A DNA stretch of 63,852 nt, filler included, from Collodictyon triciliatum (Eukaryota): assembly GCA_043381765.1 (NCBI GenBank). It is 6 parts of 6 records of this genome, joined end to end, with 100 filler letters (N's around TTAATTAATTAA, not from the genome) between each part and the next. Parts side by side here need not be neighbours in the genome. Positions count along the whole stretch, not along the records: positions 10,134 to 29,033 come from JBHJMP010000709.1; 5 more parts are not named here. One strand, written 5' to 3'. A program made the position numbers and the translations under genes. The notes under the pieces were generated by a model, which was not told the origin of the DNA, ran no database searches, and saw only the letters and a list, made by a program, of their open reading frames with translations. Shown here piece after piece: positions 12,680-26,826 of the stretch (within the stretch, counting starts at the first letter, position 1; each line of letters opens with the position of its first letter).

Positions 12680-15590
12680 NNNNNNNNNNNNNNNNNNNNN
12701 NNNNNNNNNNNNNNNNNNNNNNNNNNNNNNNNNNNNNNNNNNNNNNNNNNNNNNNNNNNNNNNNNNNNNNNNNNNNNNNGTTTTTTGTTTTTTGTTTTTT
12801 GTTTTTTGTTTTTTGTTTTTTGTTTTTTGTTTTTTGTTTTTTGTTTTTTGTTTTTTGTTTTTTGTTTTTTGTTTTTTGTTTTCTGTTTTTTGTTTTTTGT
12901 TTTTTGTTTTTTGTTTTTAAATTAATGAGTGTCTTAAGTTCCTCTTCAATGACACTTTGAACATTAGAAAATAGCAGCTGGTCACAAGGTTCAATGTTAA
13001 TTTGCAAAATGAAACGTGAAGAAACCTCTTGGCCGGGTTTTATTGTCATTCTCATCAGCTTATGGACAAATTCATCAGGTGTAGCACTACTTGTGTAAGT
13101 CAGGTAGATTGTGCGTCGGAGATTCACAAGGTCGGTTCCGGTCATGTCTTGAATCACATCAGGCTCTAGAAAATAACAGAAAAAAAATTGATAAGGAAAA
13201 TTAAACGAAGCATATGAAACCGATTTAACATTACATTGCACAAAGTATACCTGGTGGCAACAAATCGCTTGAGTAACAAATCATCTCTATTCAAAATAGG
13301 GGGAGATTAACTAAAACATAAGCGCAAATCGAACCTTTTCGTTTTTCTTCATCGAGTCCTTTACTTGGCTCCTCATCGCTTTCACTTTTTATGTTTGGTA
13401 AATAATTATATTTGTAACGAAGTGGAAACATTCAATTTAAGCGATGGAAATGAATTATTTTTTTTTGTTTCGAGTTGGGGAATGTACTTGTCTTCGTCTT
13501 CGTCATCATCGCCTTGCCCAACATCCTCATCATCGTCCCCGAGTAATTCCTTCTTCGTTTCCTCCCAAAGCTGCTCGGTGTCTTCGAATTTTTCATCGTA
13601 ATGGAATATATCTATTTAATTCAAAAGAAAAATTAATGATGAGAAGAATGAAAGTGACTGGAAAAAGAAAATTGATTCAATTTTCAAAATTATACATGAT
13701 TAGGGAATATATGTAAATGAAATCGGTGAAATTCGAGTATGCAGACCTAGACCATCCTCAGCATCAAGCTCATCATCGAGTGATATTTCATGAATACATT
13801 GGTCATCTTCTTCAACAATATCAAGCTCTGGGACTAATCTCGGGTTAGACTGTAGGTGATAGGGCAAGTTAGGTGATGTTGGTGCATCAAAAAAATCACC
13901 GTATACACATAAGCCTAAATGACAGGGAATATTCACGTAGCTTGTCCTGTATTTATGAGATAATGCTATACCGAAAATCCTTCTTTTCGCGTTACAAAGA
14001 GTCCTTCAATCATGTACTGCACTCTCCTGTCGATTTCACCTTCGTACAGAATACCACGGAATCGTTCGAAAATCCCTAGTTTCATATTGAATTATGCGCC
14101 AACGGTTTCATTAAAAAAAAAGTAATAAAAAAAGAAAAATAAAATGAATTCAATCAATCGTTCAGTCGTATTCAGCAAATAGATAACATATTAATACCAT
14201 GAAATCCTTGTGGGCTGACTTCACTCAGGTATTGGCCACATTCCTTGACAAAATCCACGGCAATTTCGACCTTATGCGAAAATAATTTTGCTTGAGTGGT
14301 TTACAAGGCATCATTTACGTGTCCCCAATTTGAAAGAAAGGACCCATCCAAAAGTAGAGGTTAAGGAACAGTGTGTATAAATGGTCTGTGACTGTTACTA
14401 CATACAGAATCATCCGTCGGTTTTTCCAGGAGCAACGTCAAAATCTGAAGCGCAACAATTTCGTGGCAGACCGACTGATTTACCAGGTGCGCAATAAACT
14501 TTGCTGATGCAAGGCATGAGACCTGCAGGATAAAAGAAAGAGACCGCGCAAGATTAAACGCCATATATCAGATTATAAATCTAAAGCAGAATGTGCATGA
14601 ATAAGATAATTATAAAAAAGGACAAGTTAAATGGTTGCGGTGAATATAATTAAGACTATTGGAATGGAGAAGAGTATTTAATTGTATTTGAATACAACAC
14701 GCAAGAGAAAATGAAGACCTTTGTGTTGCGACGGAATCCTTTCCGGAAGTTGAGAATAAGTCTTTTTAGAACCAATTGACCAAGCTCAGGAATTCTTGAG
14801 TTCACAACAGCAACGATAGCTGCAAACACATTAGTAAACTTTGGGAAAGCAGCCTATAATCGAACGATATATTAATTGCTGAACGGATAGCCTTGCGTCC
14901 CAATTAAAATGGATAGATAAAGACAATAGATGAAATCAATGATTCTTGATGGACAAAATCTCTTTTGCAAACAACAGATGAAACAAATCACATTAACTAG
15001 GTATAACGTCATAAAGTATTATAAAAAAAAGTCGCAAACGTGTCTTTTATTTTGAATGGACAATATCATGCAATAATATATCTCGTCTCAAAGATGGATG
15101 CTCAACAATAACCTGCGCGCGCAGACACGAACGAGCAAAAAGACCTTTTCCTCGGATAAGATTTTCTCCAAAGATCTCTTTTGCGATATACTTGATGTTC
15201 GAAGTATTTACCTAACCGGAAAAAAGTGTTGATATAACTGATAGCCACAAGAGATGTATTTTCAGGTAGGATAACTGTATATCTCCAAAAAATAATAAAG
15301 TAGATAATGAGACGAAGGCATGAATATTAAACACATATTAACTATAAAAAAAAAAAAAGAATGGTATAGCAGAGCAGAGCTGAGCAAACCTTATTGATCA
15401 GCCCGTTGATGCTCTTTTTCAAGGCTTCCCAGTTGAGTCTTTGATATTCAATCGACTTTTTGTCTGTGATTTCTTTTCGCATGGCTGCGAGCTTGGCCGG
15501 GGGAATGTAGGCTCCTGTGGCCGTCTTGAAGTCGGTTTTCTTTTCATCCAAAGGGATGTCGCTTTGAAAAAGCCCACCTTTCGATGCCAT
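10306..15590 (-). CDS. CWC22: Pre-mRNA splicing factor CWC22 (MIF4G + MA3 domains), about 16 exons
   Basis: Spliced motifs [114 protein letters not shown]; Ser/Asp-rich tail ends at TAA 10306-10308. Confidence 0.97.
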
Positions 15591-15730
15591 GACGCGTTTC
15601 CTGTCCAACGAGTCTCTTTGCTGCCGAAAAGCCTGCTCCGTAGAAGGGTTAAATAAAATAAAAACAGAAAGATAAAAAGAAAAAAGAAAGATAAAAAGAA
15701 AGAAAGGAAGAAAGATAAAAAGAAAGATAA

Positions 15731-15761
<31 letters not shown>

Positions 15762-15782
15762 AAAAGAAAAAAGAAAGATAAA

Positions 15783-15881
<99 letters not shown>

Positions 15882-17018
15882 GGACGGTTCATTTGTTGTG
15901 ACGAGGGCTTGGAGGATGGCCCAAGGAAAGGCCACAGTGCAAACTCAGTAAGGCCACCGCCGATCGAGTTGAAAAGGGCGGTAACACAAAGTCCGCAGAC
16001 AGCACTTTGCTTTCGACTCGGATTCTCTTTCATGAGAAGGCCGGGCGCAGCAAGACTTCCATGCCCACACAGGCCCGCATCAGAGGTTTTCGTTGATCCC
16101 GGATAGTGCAACGAGAAAGAAATGATGGGAAAATGATGAAGTTTGATCATCACACCTTCGCTCGGTTGCGGCTGAATCAATCGAATCATCAGCATTACTT
16201 TTGCAGGAACCAAGGAGGACACCCAAATTTATTGATTATGTATTATTTAATCGTTATGTAGTATATATAGATCGTTTTAACATATATCTAGACCCTAATA
16301 AACATTATATTATAATTTCCAGATCTGATTACATCAACGTTTTTGTGCTGTCTGTTGTCTGTTAGTTTGACACGCCTGGTTTTTTTTTTAAACCTCTTTT
16401 CTTCAAACGCAAAAGAAATCCCACTCCCCACAAACTTTGCATTCCTTGTCAAACGCCTGAGAAAGAGAGTGGCCAATGAGGCTGCAGGCAGGAGCACAAA
16501 GCGCAATCGCCACAGTCGCCCCAAAGTCTCGCCTTCGCTTCTTTGATTTATGGTGAACCCTGTCGACTCCAGAGCTTTCTGTGGCTCGGTCAGCATCATA
16601 CTGTCCTGACTCTGTGCTTGAATCTTCTAGCCGCTGTTTGATGGAGTGGGACAGGCAGACTTTTCGGTCTCCACAAAGACCGGACAAAGAGGCAGACTTC
16701 CAAGCGAAGGCAGTCCACGATGTAGCCTCTGTCTTTCGAGAACGCCTTCCTACAGTTGGTGAGCGAGTCCCAAGATTTTCACTTTGATTGTATTTTTTTT
16801 TAACTTTTCAAATCAAGGTGCTATCTTCTTGGTCGAATGTTTTCTCCATAATAACAATGCACGATGAGTCAATCAAGGAGATGTTTTGGGTATATAGAAG
16901 AAAAGAAGAATAAAAAAAAAAAAACACGACTGGTGTGAAATCGAAAGGAAAACTAAGTTATTTTACAGCCGCCACAAATGCTCAATCTCCCGGGGTTGCA
17001 AGTGGGCGGCGGCAAAAG

Positions 17019-17857
17019 ATGTTTGCATTTCCCACATCACAGGAAACAGAATCCCTACAAGAGCAGGTTCTCACTCCTCGGTGTTTATGAATCAAATACT
17101 GATAATAATTGGTGGGCCAGTGCTGGTTTTTATATTTATATATCATTATGATAAGGATACTTTTAATTCGCTTAGGAGAACATCCTTTCTTATGTTTAAT
17201 CTGGCTATGCAGTTAAATAGCATTGAAGTATTTCACCGCACAATTTATCATAGAAACCAATACATGTTTCACTCGATTCAGGTGCGACAGTTAAAGATGA
17301 CAATATTGCGTCTGAAGGAAGAAAAAATGAAATTGCAAACAAGGCTTGGAAAACTCGAGATGGATATGAAGCGTCTATATAAGGTTGCAGAATACACACA
17401 CATTTACAACCTTTGTCGATGATGGGATTCTTTCTTGTTAAAAATTAATGACTCTTTCACTAGTACAAGTTCAATCTTTAATGCTACTTTCAATACGCTT
17501 TTTTTTTTTTTGGTAATGCTGAGTAGAACATCGACCTCAATACATCCCGAGACCTTACAAGCCTAGAAGTTATTTCTTTAAACGAGCACCGTAAGTGCAT
17601 TTAGGATGTTTCACATTTTAGTAGACGTAGTTCATTTTTATGTTGAATATAAACGTTCTTGAATGAAAGAAAGGTTGAAAAATATACTGAAAATTAATGT
17701 AGTGGGCAAAAATTAATCAACCAAGAAAGAAAATAGAAGAAGACTTATAACAATAATAATAAAAACCTCAAATACCTCAAATACCTCAAAAACCTCAAAA
17801 ACCTCAAAAACCTGAAAAACCTGAAAAACCTCAAAAACAAAAACAAAAACAAAAACA

Positions 17858-17888
<31 letters not shown>

Positions 17889-19086
17889 ACAAAAAAAAAC
17901 TAACGAACATATCCACAGAATCTCCATCCCGCCCTCGAACGAAGCAGTTTCCTCGACAAAATCTTGATTCATGCGACCGAGAAGAGGGTTATCAGGAAAT
18001 TACTGGATATCGCCATTCTGAAGTGGCTGCGCTTGATTCATCCGTTCGTTTTCCCTTTTTATTGAAACTCTTTGATTTCCCTCTCATTCCAAACATAAAA
18101 AAAAGAAAAAAGGAGTATTATTGTGCTTTTGGCTTCATGGGTCAAGCTTTTCTGAAAGAACGCACCGAGCCACTACACTATATTGTACTTTCAACATGGC
18201 TTTACAATCATCTGATAGGATTCCAGTCTCATCAATCTCTAGATTATTATCAAATTTATGGTGCTATATTCAAATTTAGATCAAAGAGATTAAAAAACTA
18301 ATGGAGCAAAATGTACAAGGCAACAAGGAGGTTTTTGGAAAAACCATTCAAATTGTCAACATGAAACTAGACGAACTGTTGCTATCCGCAAAGGTTTGAA
18401 ATAATTTTTCAATTTTTCTACGAAGTTATGTAATTTAGAAACTGGACTTTATTTCTCGCAACAGTAAAGCATATATTTCAGCCAAACAATTGCGGATTGT
18501 ATTCATAAATGTAATTTTCTCTACCAACATTTAAAATACTAATTTCTCTTGATTTCTATGTCTCCTTTTCAATCAAAATAAAGCCAATAGCGAACCTATC
18601 GACGAAATCATCTCCAACACCACCTCAAATACCGAAATCAGCCCTCTCATCCACTACAGTATCTGATGACCGCGGCGCTTTTCAAGCAAATCCTGTTCTA
18701 GCAACTCGGAGATTTGTACAGTCGCCCCGCAAATCAAGCATTGTTCTAAAACCCCGCGATTCGATGGTCCAAGCCCTGCAGTTGACTAACCAAAAAGTTT
18801 CGCCATCCATGAGAAGGACAGTAATGATTTTCATAAGATCAAAGTAATGTGTTTTTTGAATGCAGTTTGCATATTTTAATACAATTTATCTTTTTCTATT
18901 TGTAATGGTATAATTTTGTTCTATCAACACAACAGCTGTCAAAGACTGAAACTCGCGTCGAAAAATACAGCACTTTAGTAGCCTTCTTGATAGATAAGAA
19001 GTCCAAATTAAATTGTAATTTTATTGAAAAAGATAAACTTGGAATTGTATGGCGTGTAGATGAGACCACTGACCTAGTACTACCCG

Positions 19087-19177
<91 letters not shown>

Positions 19178-22100
19178 GCTTGAATGAGATTTTTATTTAT
19201 TTATTTTATTCTTCCTTTCAATTTTGTGCAGGATGGTGGAGTTGTGCTTGAATGAGATATTCTAAATTTATAGTTGGCCCCATCGTCCATCATTTTGATG
19301 CATTTTTTTTTTTTAAAAAAAGACATTATTGTTTTCAATTTATTGCAGCTATTGACCTTGACACGCTCATCTGGGATGAGTTTGCCGCGTGGGTTGAAAA
19401 GCAGCCTGAAGAGGAACATGAAAATATAGTCCGTGAGCTGTATTACATGATGAAGTCATACCGAAAAGTGGTCGATATCAGCACGCAGTTATCATTCTCT
19501 TCTTCTGTGGAAGAAGTCATCGGACGATTCTGTGTGAGTGTGAAAGAAATCCTTGTGTCAGAGCTCGTTCATTTTTACACCATCACAAGACCTGGTGAAC
19601 TTACCCTGTTCTCCAACGAGGGCGTATTTCGGGTTGAACCTTATTCTTCTTTATATAGAACTACAAATAAATTTCACTATGATTTTTTATTTTGAATTAT
19701 ATTTGAATATTTATATGAAATTCTTTCAATGTAAAAATAATAGAAGGATGCTAGTGATTAAAAAAAAGAAAAAGAAGCTCATTCAAAAAATAACGGAAAT
19801 AGGCTATTCCTAAGGGTCAAGGCATAATTGGGTATGTTGCTGAGTCTGGGACTCTTATAAACCTGAGCAATCCGCAAAACTCTGGATACTTTGACACAGA
19901 ATACGATAAGGTATGGGCGATATGTATTGAAAGATTCACGAAATAAAAAATATGTGATTCTTTTCGGATTTGATTAGCATGATGTTATGAATATCAATAT
20001 AAATTGTGTATGGTGTAGGAAATACTGACAATTCAAATTCTTTTATCCTTGACCGTTAGCCAGAAGGCCTTATCCTGACTTGCATATTAGCGATACCTGT
20101 TCTCGACAGGGAAAATCGGGTGTTTGGAGTTGCCGTAGCTTACAACAAAGTCACCGGTTTTTTTGTCAAGGAGGATGAAGTTGTCATGGAATCTCTGGTG
20201 AACCAAGCCAGCAACAGCATCCAGCAATTTCAACTCCTTATTAGGTCCAACTGGGAGCAGCAGAAAACCAAGGTGAGATGATCAAAGATACCCATTTTTC
20301 ATAATTCCGAAACCTGTATTTACTTTCTGTTAAGTAGAAAAGTTATGGAAAATTTTAAAACCAAAGCAAACCAAGGCAAAACAGAGCAAATAAAACAAAA
20401 GTGAATTAAATCAAACTATATCAGTCACTGCTAGAGGTAATCAAAGCAACGAACAATGAAAAGTATACACTAGATGATATGATTGCGAAAATAGTTGAGG
20501 TATGAGCCACTATCCTCGGTTTGGCTGTTTATTCAAGATTTTTTTTCATTTACAACTTAAGCTTTCAATTCAATGTAAATTCATAAAACCTATTTGGATA
20601 CACGCGATTCACATGGTCATATAGGTGACATATAGTGCATTGCGAGTCGAGACTGTTTTATTCCACTTGGTCGATAGAATCACAAACAAACTTGTGGCAA
20701 AGACGGATATAAAGAGCCGCTCTGGTATTCGAAGAAAGTCAGGTGATGAAACATCCGGTATTGCAAGTAAGGACTGAACAGGAACTCATTTAAATATCAA
20801 CGAAAACCTTGTTTTGATGACCATTCCATAAGTATGTCTTTTTCAGCGCTACTGATAATTATAAATAAATAAATAAAAATCGGCGTCATTGATTTGGTAT
20901 TGATAGTACTTACTCAAAAAGGCATCGTTGCAAAAACCGGGCGTCCTCTTAATATTACCGATGGTGAACACGACTCGCGATGCTCCAAGCTTGGCCAAGA
21001 AATCGGGTGATTATCCAGCCGTTCTTATCTTTGCCACTTAATAGCATTTAATAATAATATAATATAAAAGAATTATGAATAATAATTATAATAATAATAT
21101 GATAAAAAGAATTATGAAAAAAATGCGAAGATGCCGACCAGTTGGCTTAATCAGCAAGATTTGCGTTTTTTTTTTTGCTTAAAAACTGACACGATTTCAA
21201 TTTTTTATTTTTATAACCAGGATTGTTATCAAAACCCTATTATGTGTCCCCATATGTGATTCGAGTGGTCGCGCAATTGCTGTTATTCAGGTAAATGAAG
21301 CACGCCTTATTTCTCCTTTTATGCTTAATTCTCCTTACACTTGTGCAAAAAAAAAAAAAGTGAGAAAAACAAAGGATTCTTTTTAAAAATTTTTATCTCT
21401 TTTATGTGTAATACGAACAACTCAAGCTCCTTTCATCCATCCATCCATTCATCCACAGGTAATCAACAAAGAGCAGGGCTACTTCTCAGAAAATGATGAG
21501 GACATCCTGTCGGCATTCATGGTGGAAATCTCATCAGTTGTCCAGCGCAAAAGCCTCGAAACTGCATACGAAAATCTGGCTGGAAGGTAACAATCTATGA
21601 CAAACAAACCAAACCAAACCAAACCAAACCAAACCAAACCAAAAGAAAAGAAAAGAAAAGAAAAGAAAAGAAAAGAAAAGAAAAGAAAAGAAAAGAAAAG
21701 AAAAGAAAAGAAAAGAAAAGAAAAGAAAAGAAAAGAAAACGCAATGAAAAAATGACCGGACTCCCCCCTGCAGCGAGAACGACTCCGGGACCATCACATC
21801 ACTCAAGGGCCTCATCGACGAGTACTCGACCTTCAAGGCCGCGCTGACCGAGCCCTCGTCCGGGAGCAGACCATCCACACGCACATTGCGCGGGGCACAG
21901 CAAGGCATCCAGGGCCTCAAGGACTGGAGCCTGGACCACTTTGCATACAGCAGCGACGAGATGATTGAGATGGTCATTGCCGGGTTCCACGCCCTCGGCC
22001 TGATGGAGCTGCACCGCATCGACGAGCAGATTCTCGGCACCTTTCTGCGCACCGTGCGCAGCAACTACCAGCAGAACCCGTACCACAACTTTGTCCACGC

Positions 22101-23216
22101 ATTCTCGGTCTTCCACTGCGCGTTCATGATGCTCACCACCACGGACCTGCCCGAGCACCTGACGCATCTGGACATCCTCGCGCTGCTCATTGCCGCTTTG
22201 TGCCACGACCTCGACCACCCGGTAAGGAAGAAGACAAACAAAACAAAACAAAACAAAACGAACAAATAAATAAACAAATAAATTAAAGAAACAAACAAAT
22301 TAACAAATTAACAAATAAACAAAACAAAGCAAAACAAAACAAAACAAAACAAAACAAAACAAAACAAAACAAAGCAAAACAAAGCAAAACAAAGCAAAAC
22401 AAAGCAAAACAAAGCAAAACAAAGCAAAACAAAACATACAATAGGGCACAAACAACGCCTTCCAGATCAACGCGCAGTCCACACTCGCCCTCGTCTACAA
22501 CGACCAGTCCGTCCTCGAAAACCACCACGCGTCGCTGACCTTCCGCATCCTGGCCGACCCCGCGTGCAACATCCTGGCCGCCCTCGACCCGGCCGACCGG
22601 AGCGACGTGCGCCGCGGCGTCATTGCGGCCATCCTCGCCACGGACATGTCCCACCACACAGACCTGACCACCCGCCTGAGCCTGCATCCCGGCCGCTTCT
22701 GCAGAGACCACCGGCCCGACCGCGACTTCCTCCTCACCATAGTCCTGCACAGCAGCGACCTTTGCAACCCGCTCCTGCCCACCCACCTGGCCCACCGCTG
22801 GGCTTCCTGCGTGCTGCTCGAGTTCAACCTCCAGGTTTGCGGCTCTCTCTCTCTTTCTCTCTCGTCCAATCTGCCCTCGCTCTATGCCGACTCCTTTTCT
22901 CTCCCCAGGTGCAGAAGGAGAGGGAGCTGCTCCTGCCTGTCGCGCCCTTCATGGAAAAGGGAGACGAGGTTTGCCCGGGTTGTGAATCGTCACGCTTTCT
23001 CCATATCTCCCTGTGTGTCTGTGTGTCGCTTTCTGTTGACTCAGGGTGTGTCGTGGGCAGGTGTCGAAGGCGCAGCTCAACCTGAACTTCATCAAGTATG
23101 TGGTCAACCCGCTGTGGTCGCGCCTGGCTGAGATATTCCCCTCCCTCCGCTGCTGCCTGGATCAGCTCGAGACGAACGCGGCCTCCTGGGAGAGGATTCT
23201 GCGCCTGGGCGAGTGA
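17019..23216 (+). CDS. Class I cyclic-nucleotide phosphodiesterase with N-terminal coiled coil and two GAF domains (start and some N-terminal exons uncertain)
   Basis: GAF motifs GIIGYVAESG..., YNKVTGFFVKEDE and INKEQGYFSENDE. Catalytic motifs YHNFVHA, HDLDHP|GTNN, LENHH, ATDMSHH, HSSDLCNP, EFNLQ and KAQLNFIKYVVNPLW; stop TGA at 23214-23216. Confidence 0.93.
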
Positions 23217-24113
23217 CGTGTGTGGGTCTCGCTCCCGAATGGCATTGTGAATAAATTCGTATTATCCTGTCGCTGGAAGGAAAGCTGTTGTGTTGCTGCT
23301 GGACATGGGACGCGGCGAGGGGTGTTCTGTTGGTATTGCTTTATTCAGTGTGGTCGTAGATATAGGCATGCCGTGCAGTACCGCCAAATGCTGCCTGCAG
23401 GGAAAAATAGTAAGTAACATGATGCAAACTGGAAGGAGATGGTTTCAGGTTTTGTTTCGTTGTCCCCAGGGTGAAATTCCGCATATGTCATAACGGGCTC
23501 AGCGGGCCAATTTATGGTTCCTCACTGTCACGCATTCATAGAGGTTGGAATCTGGGTTCGTTATTCTGGCAACCGCTGATAACAGGAAGGATCGAATTCA
23601 CAGTCAAACACAGACACACCGAAAGGCGTGGCGCGCTTGAGAATCCGTCCCTATAGGTTCAGTTGCCTCTGGCCTGTGTCCTTCATGTGTTCATTACGAA
23701 GTGGAACTACCTTGTGTGGTCTGCGGCGAGTCGTCGAGTGTTGGGGCTGCGATTCTTGGCGTCGTCTCCTTCGTCTGTAGCTGCTCGTCGGTGTATGCTC
23801 CGCTGGTTGTCTCTACATTGTTCATGGTGACAATTTTGCTAAAAAATTCAGAGATTATAAAGCCCAACATTCTGGATGATTCAGTGATTTTCAATAATTG
23901 TGGAGTAGACCACAAATCTCTGTAGATACCCGGTGTCTGAGGGCGTAGTGTTAGATGTCGTTTATTGCAAAATGGCGAGATTCCGGAGATGTGGAGGAGA
24001 GCGATGTGGCAGGGAGGTATGGTGCAGGAAGTTGGGTGCGTTCTATCGGTGCTTTTTGCAAGCAGGCGACTTGAGCGAGACCAGTGCAGAGAATGAACAG
24101 AGCTGGACAGATG

Positions 24114-26620
24114 CTACTTGAGGGAATGCCCTTTCCCAGAGAACGGAACAAAGCTCTCCTAATGCCCGGAGCAAATCAAAGCTAAATAGAAAGCAGCAAA
24201 AACAGGGGGCGGTATGGGCGGGGCAACCTTTGGGGACCCGACGGTGGTTGATTGGGCCGGGCTCTGGACGCCTTGGCTGGTTGAGGGGCTGCTCGACGGG
24301 AATCGGTGAGGGTTGGGCGGAGACGAGGGAATGCCGTACCCAGGAATCGGCCGTGGCGCCCCGGTCGGCTGCTGTCCTACACCTGGCGATGAGCCAGTCT
24401 TGGGCATGATGGGGCGTCCTGGCGAGCTGCTGATGGCCGGGTGCCTGGTGATGCGAGGTAAGGTAAGAGCAGCGCTTAGAGGGACGGGCTTTGGCTTTGG
24501 CTTTGGCTTTGGCTTTGGCTTTGGCTTTGGCTACGGTTCTGGTGGAAAAGCATGGTGGGAACAGACGGTGAGGATGACAGGGATGACGAGCGACCGTCCA
24601 GACGGTATCCAGCTCCACTGAGATTGTTGTAAGTAGGCGGGGGTTTAATCGGTCGGTTCGGTCGTGTGTGAGTTAATAATATTGATATATATATATCTGC
24701 TTTGCTTTTCATCTTGGTGTAGCATTTGTGTTTCCATATTGTATGACATGCGCTGTTTAAAATTAGATTTTTGTTCATGAGGAGAAGCGAGGCCTACGAG
24801 AATGATGATGGCTTAGAAACGTCTGGTGTGTTGGATGGACTCTTCGGGGTCGTTTCGCCAGAAGTGGCGCCTTCTGACGTGATTTGTTGATTTCATTCAG
24901 TTTCGCAGTCAGAAGAGTTGTCAGATAAATTAAACCGTGGCAGCGAAGAAAGAGAATGAGGGCACAGGAGAAAGGTGAATTCTTTTGAAAAATGAAAAAA
25001 AAGAGAAAGGTGTGGTCGTAATGAGCTGTTTTCTGGTATGGACTGTGTGCGGTGCTGTAACTGAAGGTTACTTGGAATGGGTATGGAAATGGATTGCGAT
25101 GATGTTTGTGATGGCTCTTTGTAATCAACTGGCGCTTCAAAGTCAACCTAAGGGATTTATTATTATCGGTGGTTAAATGTAGATGAGCTATGTTCATCAC
25201 AGATACTAAAAAAAAGAAAAAAAAAAAGAAAAAAGAGAGACATGTGGAAATAGAGAAAAAAATATGATAGAACATTTGGTTGCCAGTATTAGATTTAAAA
25301 CAAATTTAGGTTGGTAGGATGAAGGCCTACCTCGAGGTCGGTCTGGATGATACAGATCGAGTCACTCGGCTTCGTTTCGATAACCTATATGGCGGTACAG
25401 AAGAGATTTATATTTTCCTTTTACAGCTCACCCTTTTTACACTTTTAATCTAATCAGATACGGTCTATATGAACACCACTAGTTACCCTCATGTAAAATC
25501 TCTGTGAGCCATATGGTATCAGAATGCGGTCGCCCTGGGATATTGCACTATATGACCGCAAGCCGCGCTCAAGCCTACCATTATGCAACAAAGTATAGAT
25601 CGGCCACACCGTTGTCTCAGTTTACAAAAGGGTCATATGATGAGCCGATACAAGCAGAGTATTGTGATGAGGGGTGACTCCATAACTTACACAACTCTGG
25701 GGTTTGAGACTTTCAGGAAGTTGGATGTCTCTGGTTGGAGCTTTACAAAGGTTCCCTTTACGAGATTCTTCAGAGAAACAAGTATCATATCGCCCTCTGA
25801 TGCACCAAGATTCTGCAGCACCTGTTTGAGTGAAATTTTGAGAAAAAGGAAAGCAGATGACAAAGGAAAGAGTAGTGTCGAATATGTAATAATCAGCGGT
25901 TGCGCACCCAAGGAGGGAGCAACATTTTGCCTTCATCGGCAACAAACTCGAGTACGCCAGAGTGCGTGCTCATCCCAGTGTTAGGGTTCTGCAATTGAAA
26001 GAGCATGGGACTCGAGACTTGCATCTTCACTAGGTTATGGGTTTACATGATACGTAGAATTATGAGCTCAGCCTGACAATAGTCTAGCTTTTTTTTTTTT
26101 CAGAATACTAGAAAAATTATAAATTATGTGCTAAATTCTATTATTTTTGTGTCGCAGATATGGAATGTTACTGAGTTGGTCAAGAGCAGAGCTGGGCAGT
26201 ATAACTAATGAAGTTTAGATGCAATGAAGCAATGAGAGTGGCTTTGATAAATAAAATCATTGACACAACTCATTCATAAAGTGATGATGATAAATAAATA
26301 AAGGAGGATTTTTGGAGGGTATATAGTTACTTTCTTCATGTTTGGCTGTTGCTTTCTTTTTTAAAAAAAAATGCGAGTGGTAAGAGTCATTGTATATAAC
26401 ATACCGTTTCCGCCTCGTTCGTCGCCATACTTTGCAGTGTAAGGGTTTGAGTGTGCCGCAAATGTGCGCTCAAACTTTGTTGGAGGGGCCTGTATAAAAA
26501 TATCATGTTCCATCGACAGCAATTAGAAACGAGGAATGTTAAACAGCAAGTAATGATATTCTTTTCTTTTTCTAAAATAATTTTAAAGAGTATGAAAGAA
26601 CAGGCATCAACTGAAGACAT
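24114..26620 (-). CDS. UFD1: Ubiquitin fusion degradation protein 1 (Cdc48/p97 cofactor)
   Basis: Spliced exons give ERGGN|VILPSSALDQL, PMLFQL.N...THSGVLEFVADEG, KGTFVKLQP, SNPRVVLE..LR.Y, IIQTDLE|VDFEAPVDYKEP, FSGAGYRLDG and the terminal SHP box FVPFSGKGHSLK*. Confidence 0.95.
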
Positions 26621-26826
26621 TTAGCTACAAGCGAAAAGTTCAACAAGTTCTTTTGTCACATCTTATTTTACTGACCATCTGTAAGGGTTGAACAGAAGGA
26701 CAACATTCGAAAATTCGATTCGAAAAGGCAGTCGCGTCAGCCATGAAGATACATATGATAGATTTTAAATAAAATGAGGGTTGTCTAGGTACTGATATGC
26801 TAACACGAACACCTTTCAGGCAGGAT

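Noticed and set aside
16130-16175. ATGATGA...CTGA resembling a box C/D snoRNA
   Set aside because: Only about 40 nt between the boxes, no terminal stem and no recognisable rRNA complementarity.
16641-16890. Upstream PDE exons with an in-frame TGA, suggesting recoding or selenocysteine
   Set aside because: TGA is the normal stop in ACS, PDE and TMEM107, and conserved exons have no internal stops. More likely 5' UTR or a different splice.
19173-19258. 18-bp direct repeat GTTGTGCTTGAATGAGAT
   Set aside because: Adjacent to a (GTT)n array; likely slippage or a local assembly duplication, with no element features between the copies.
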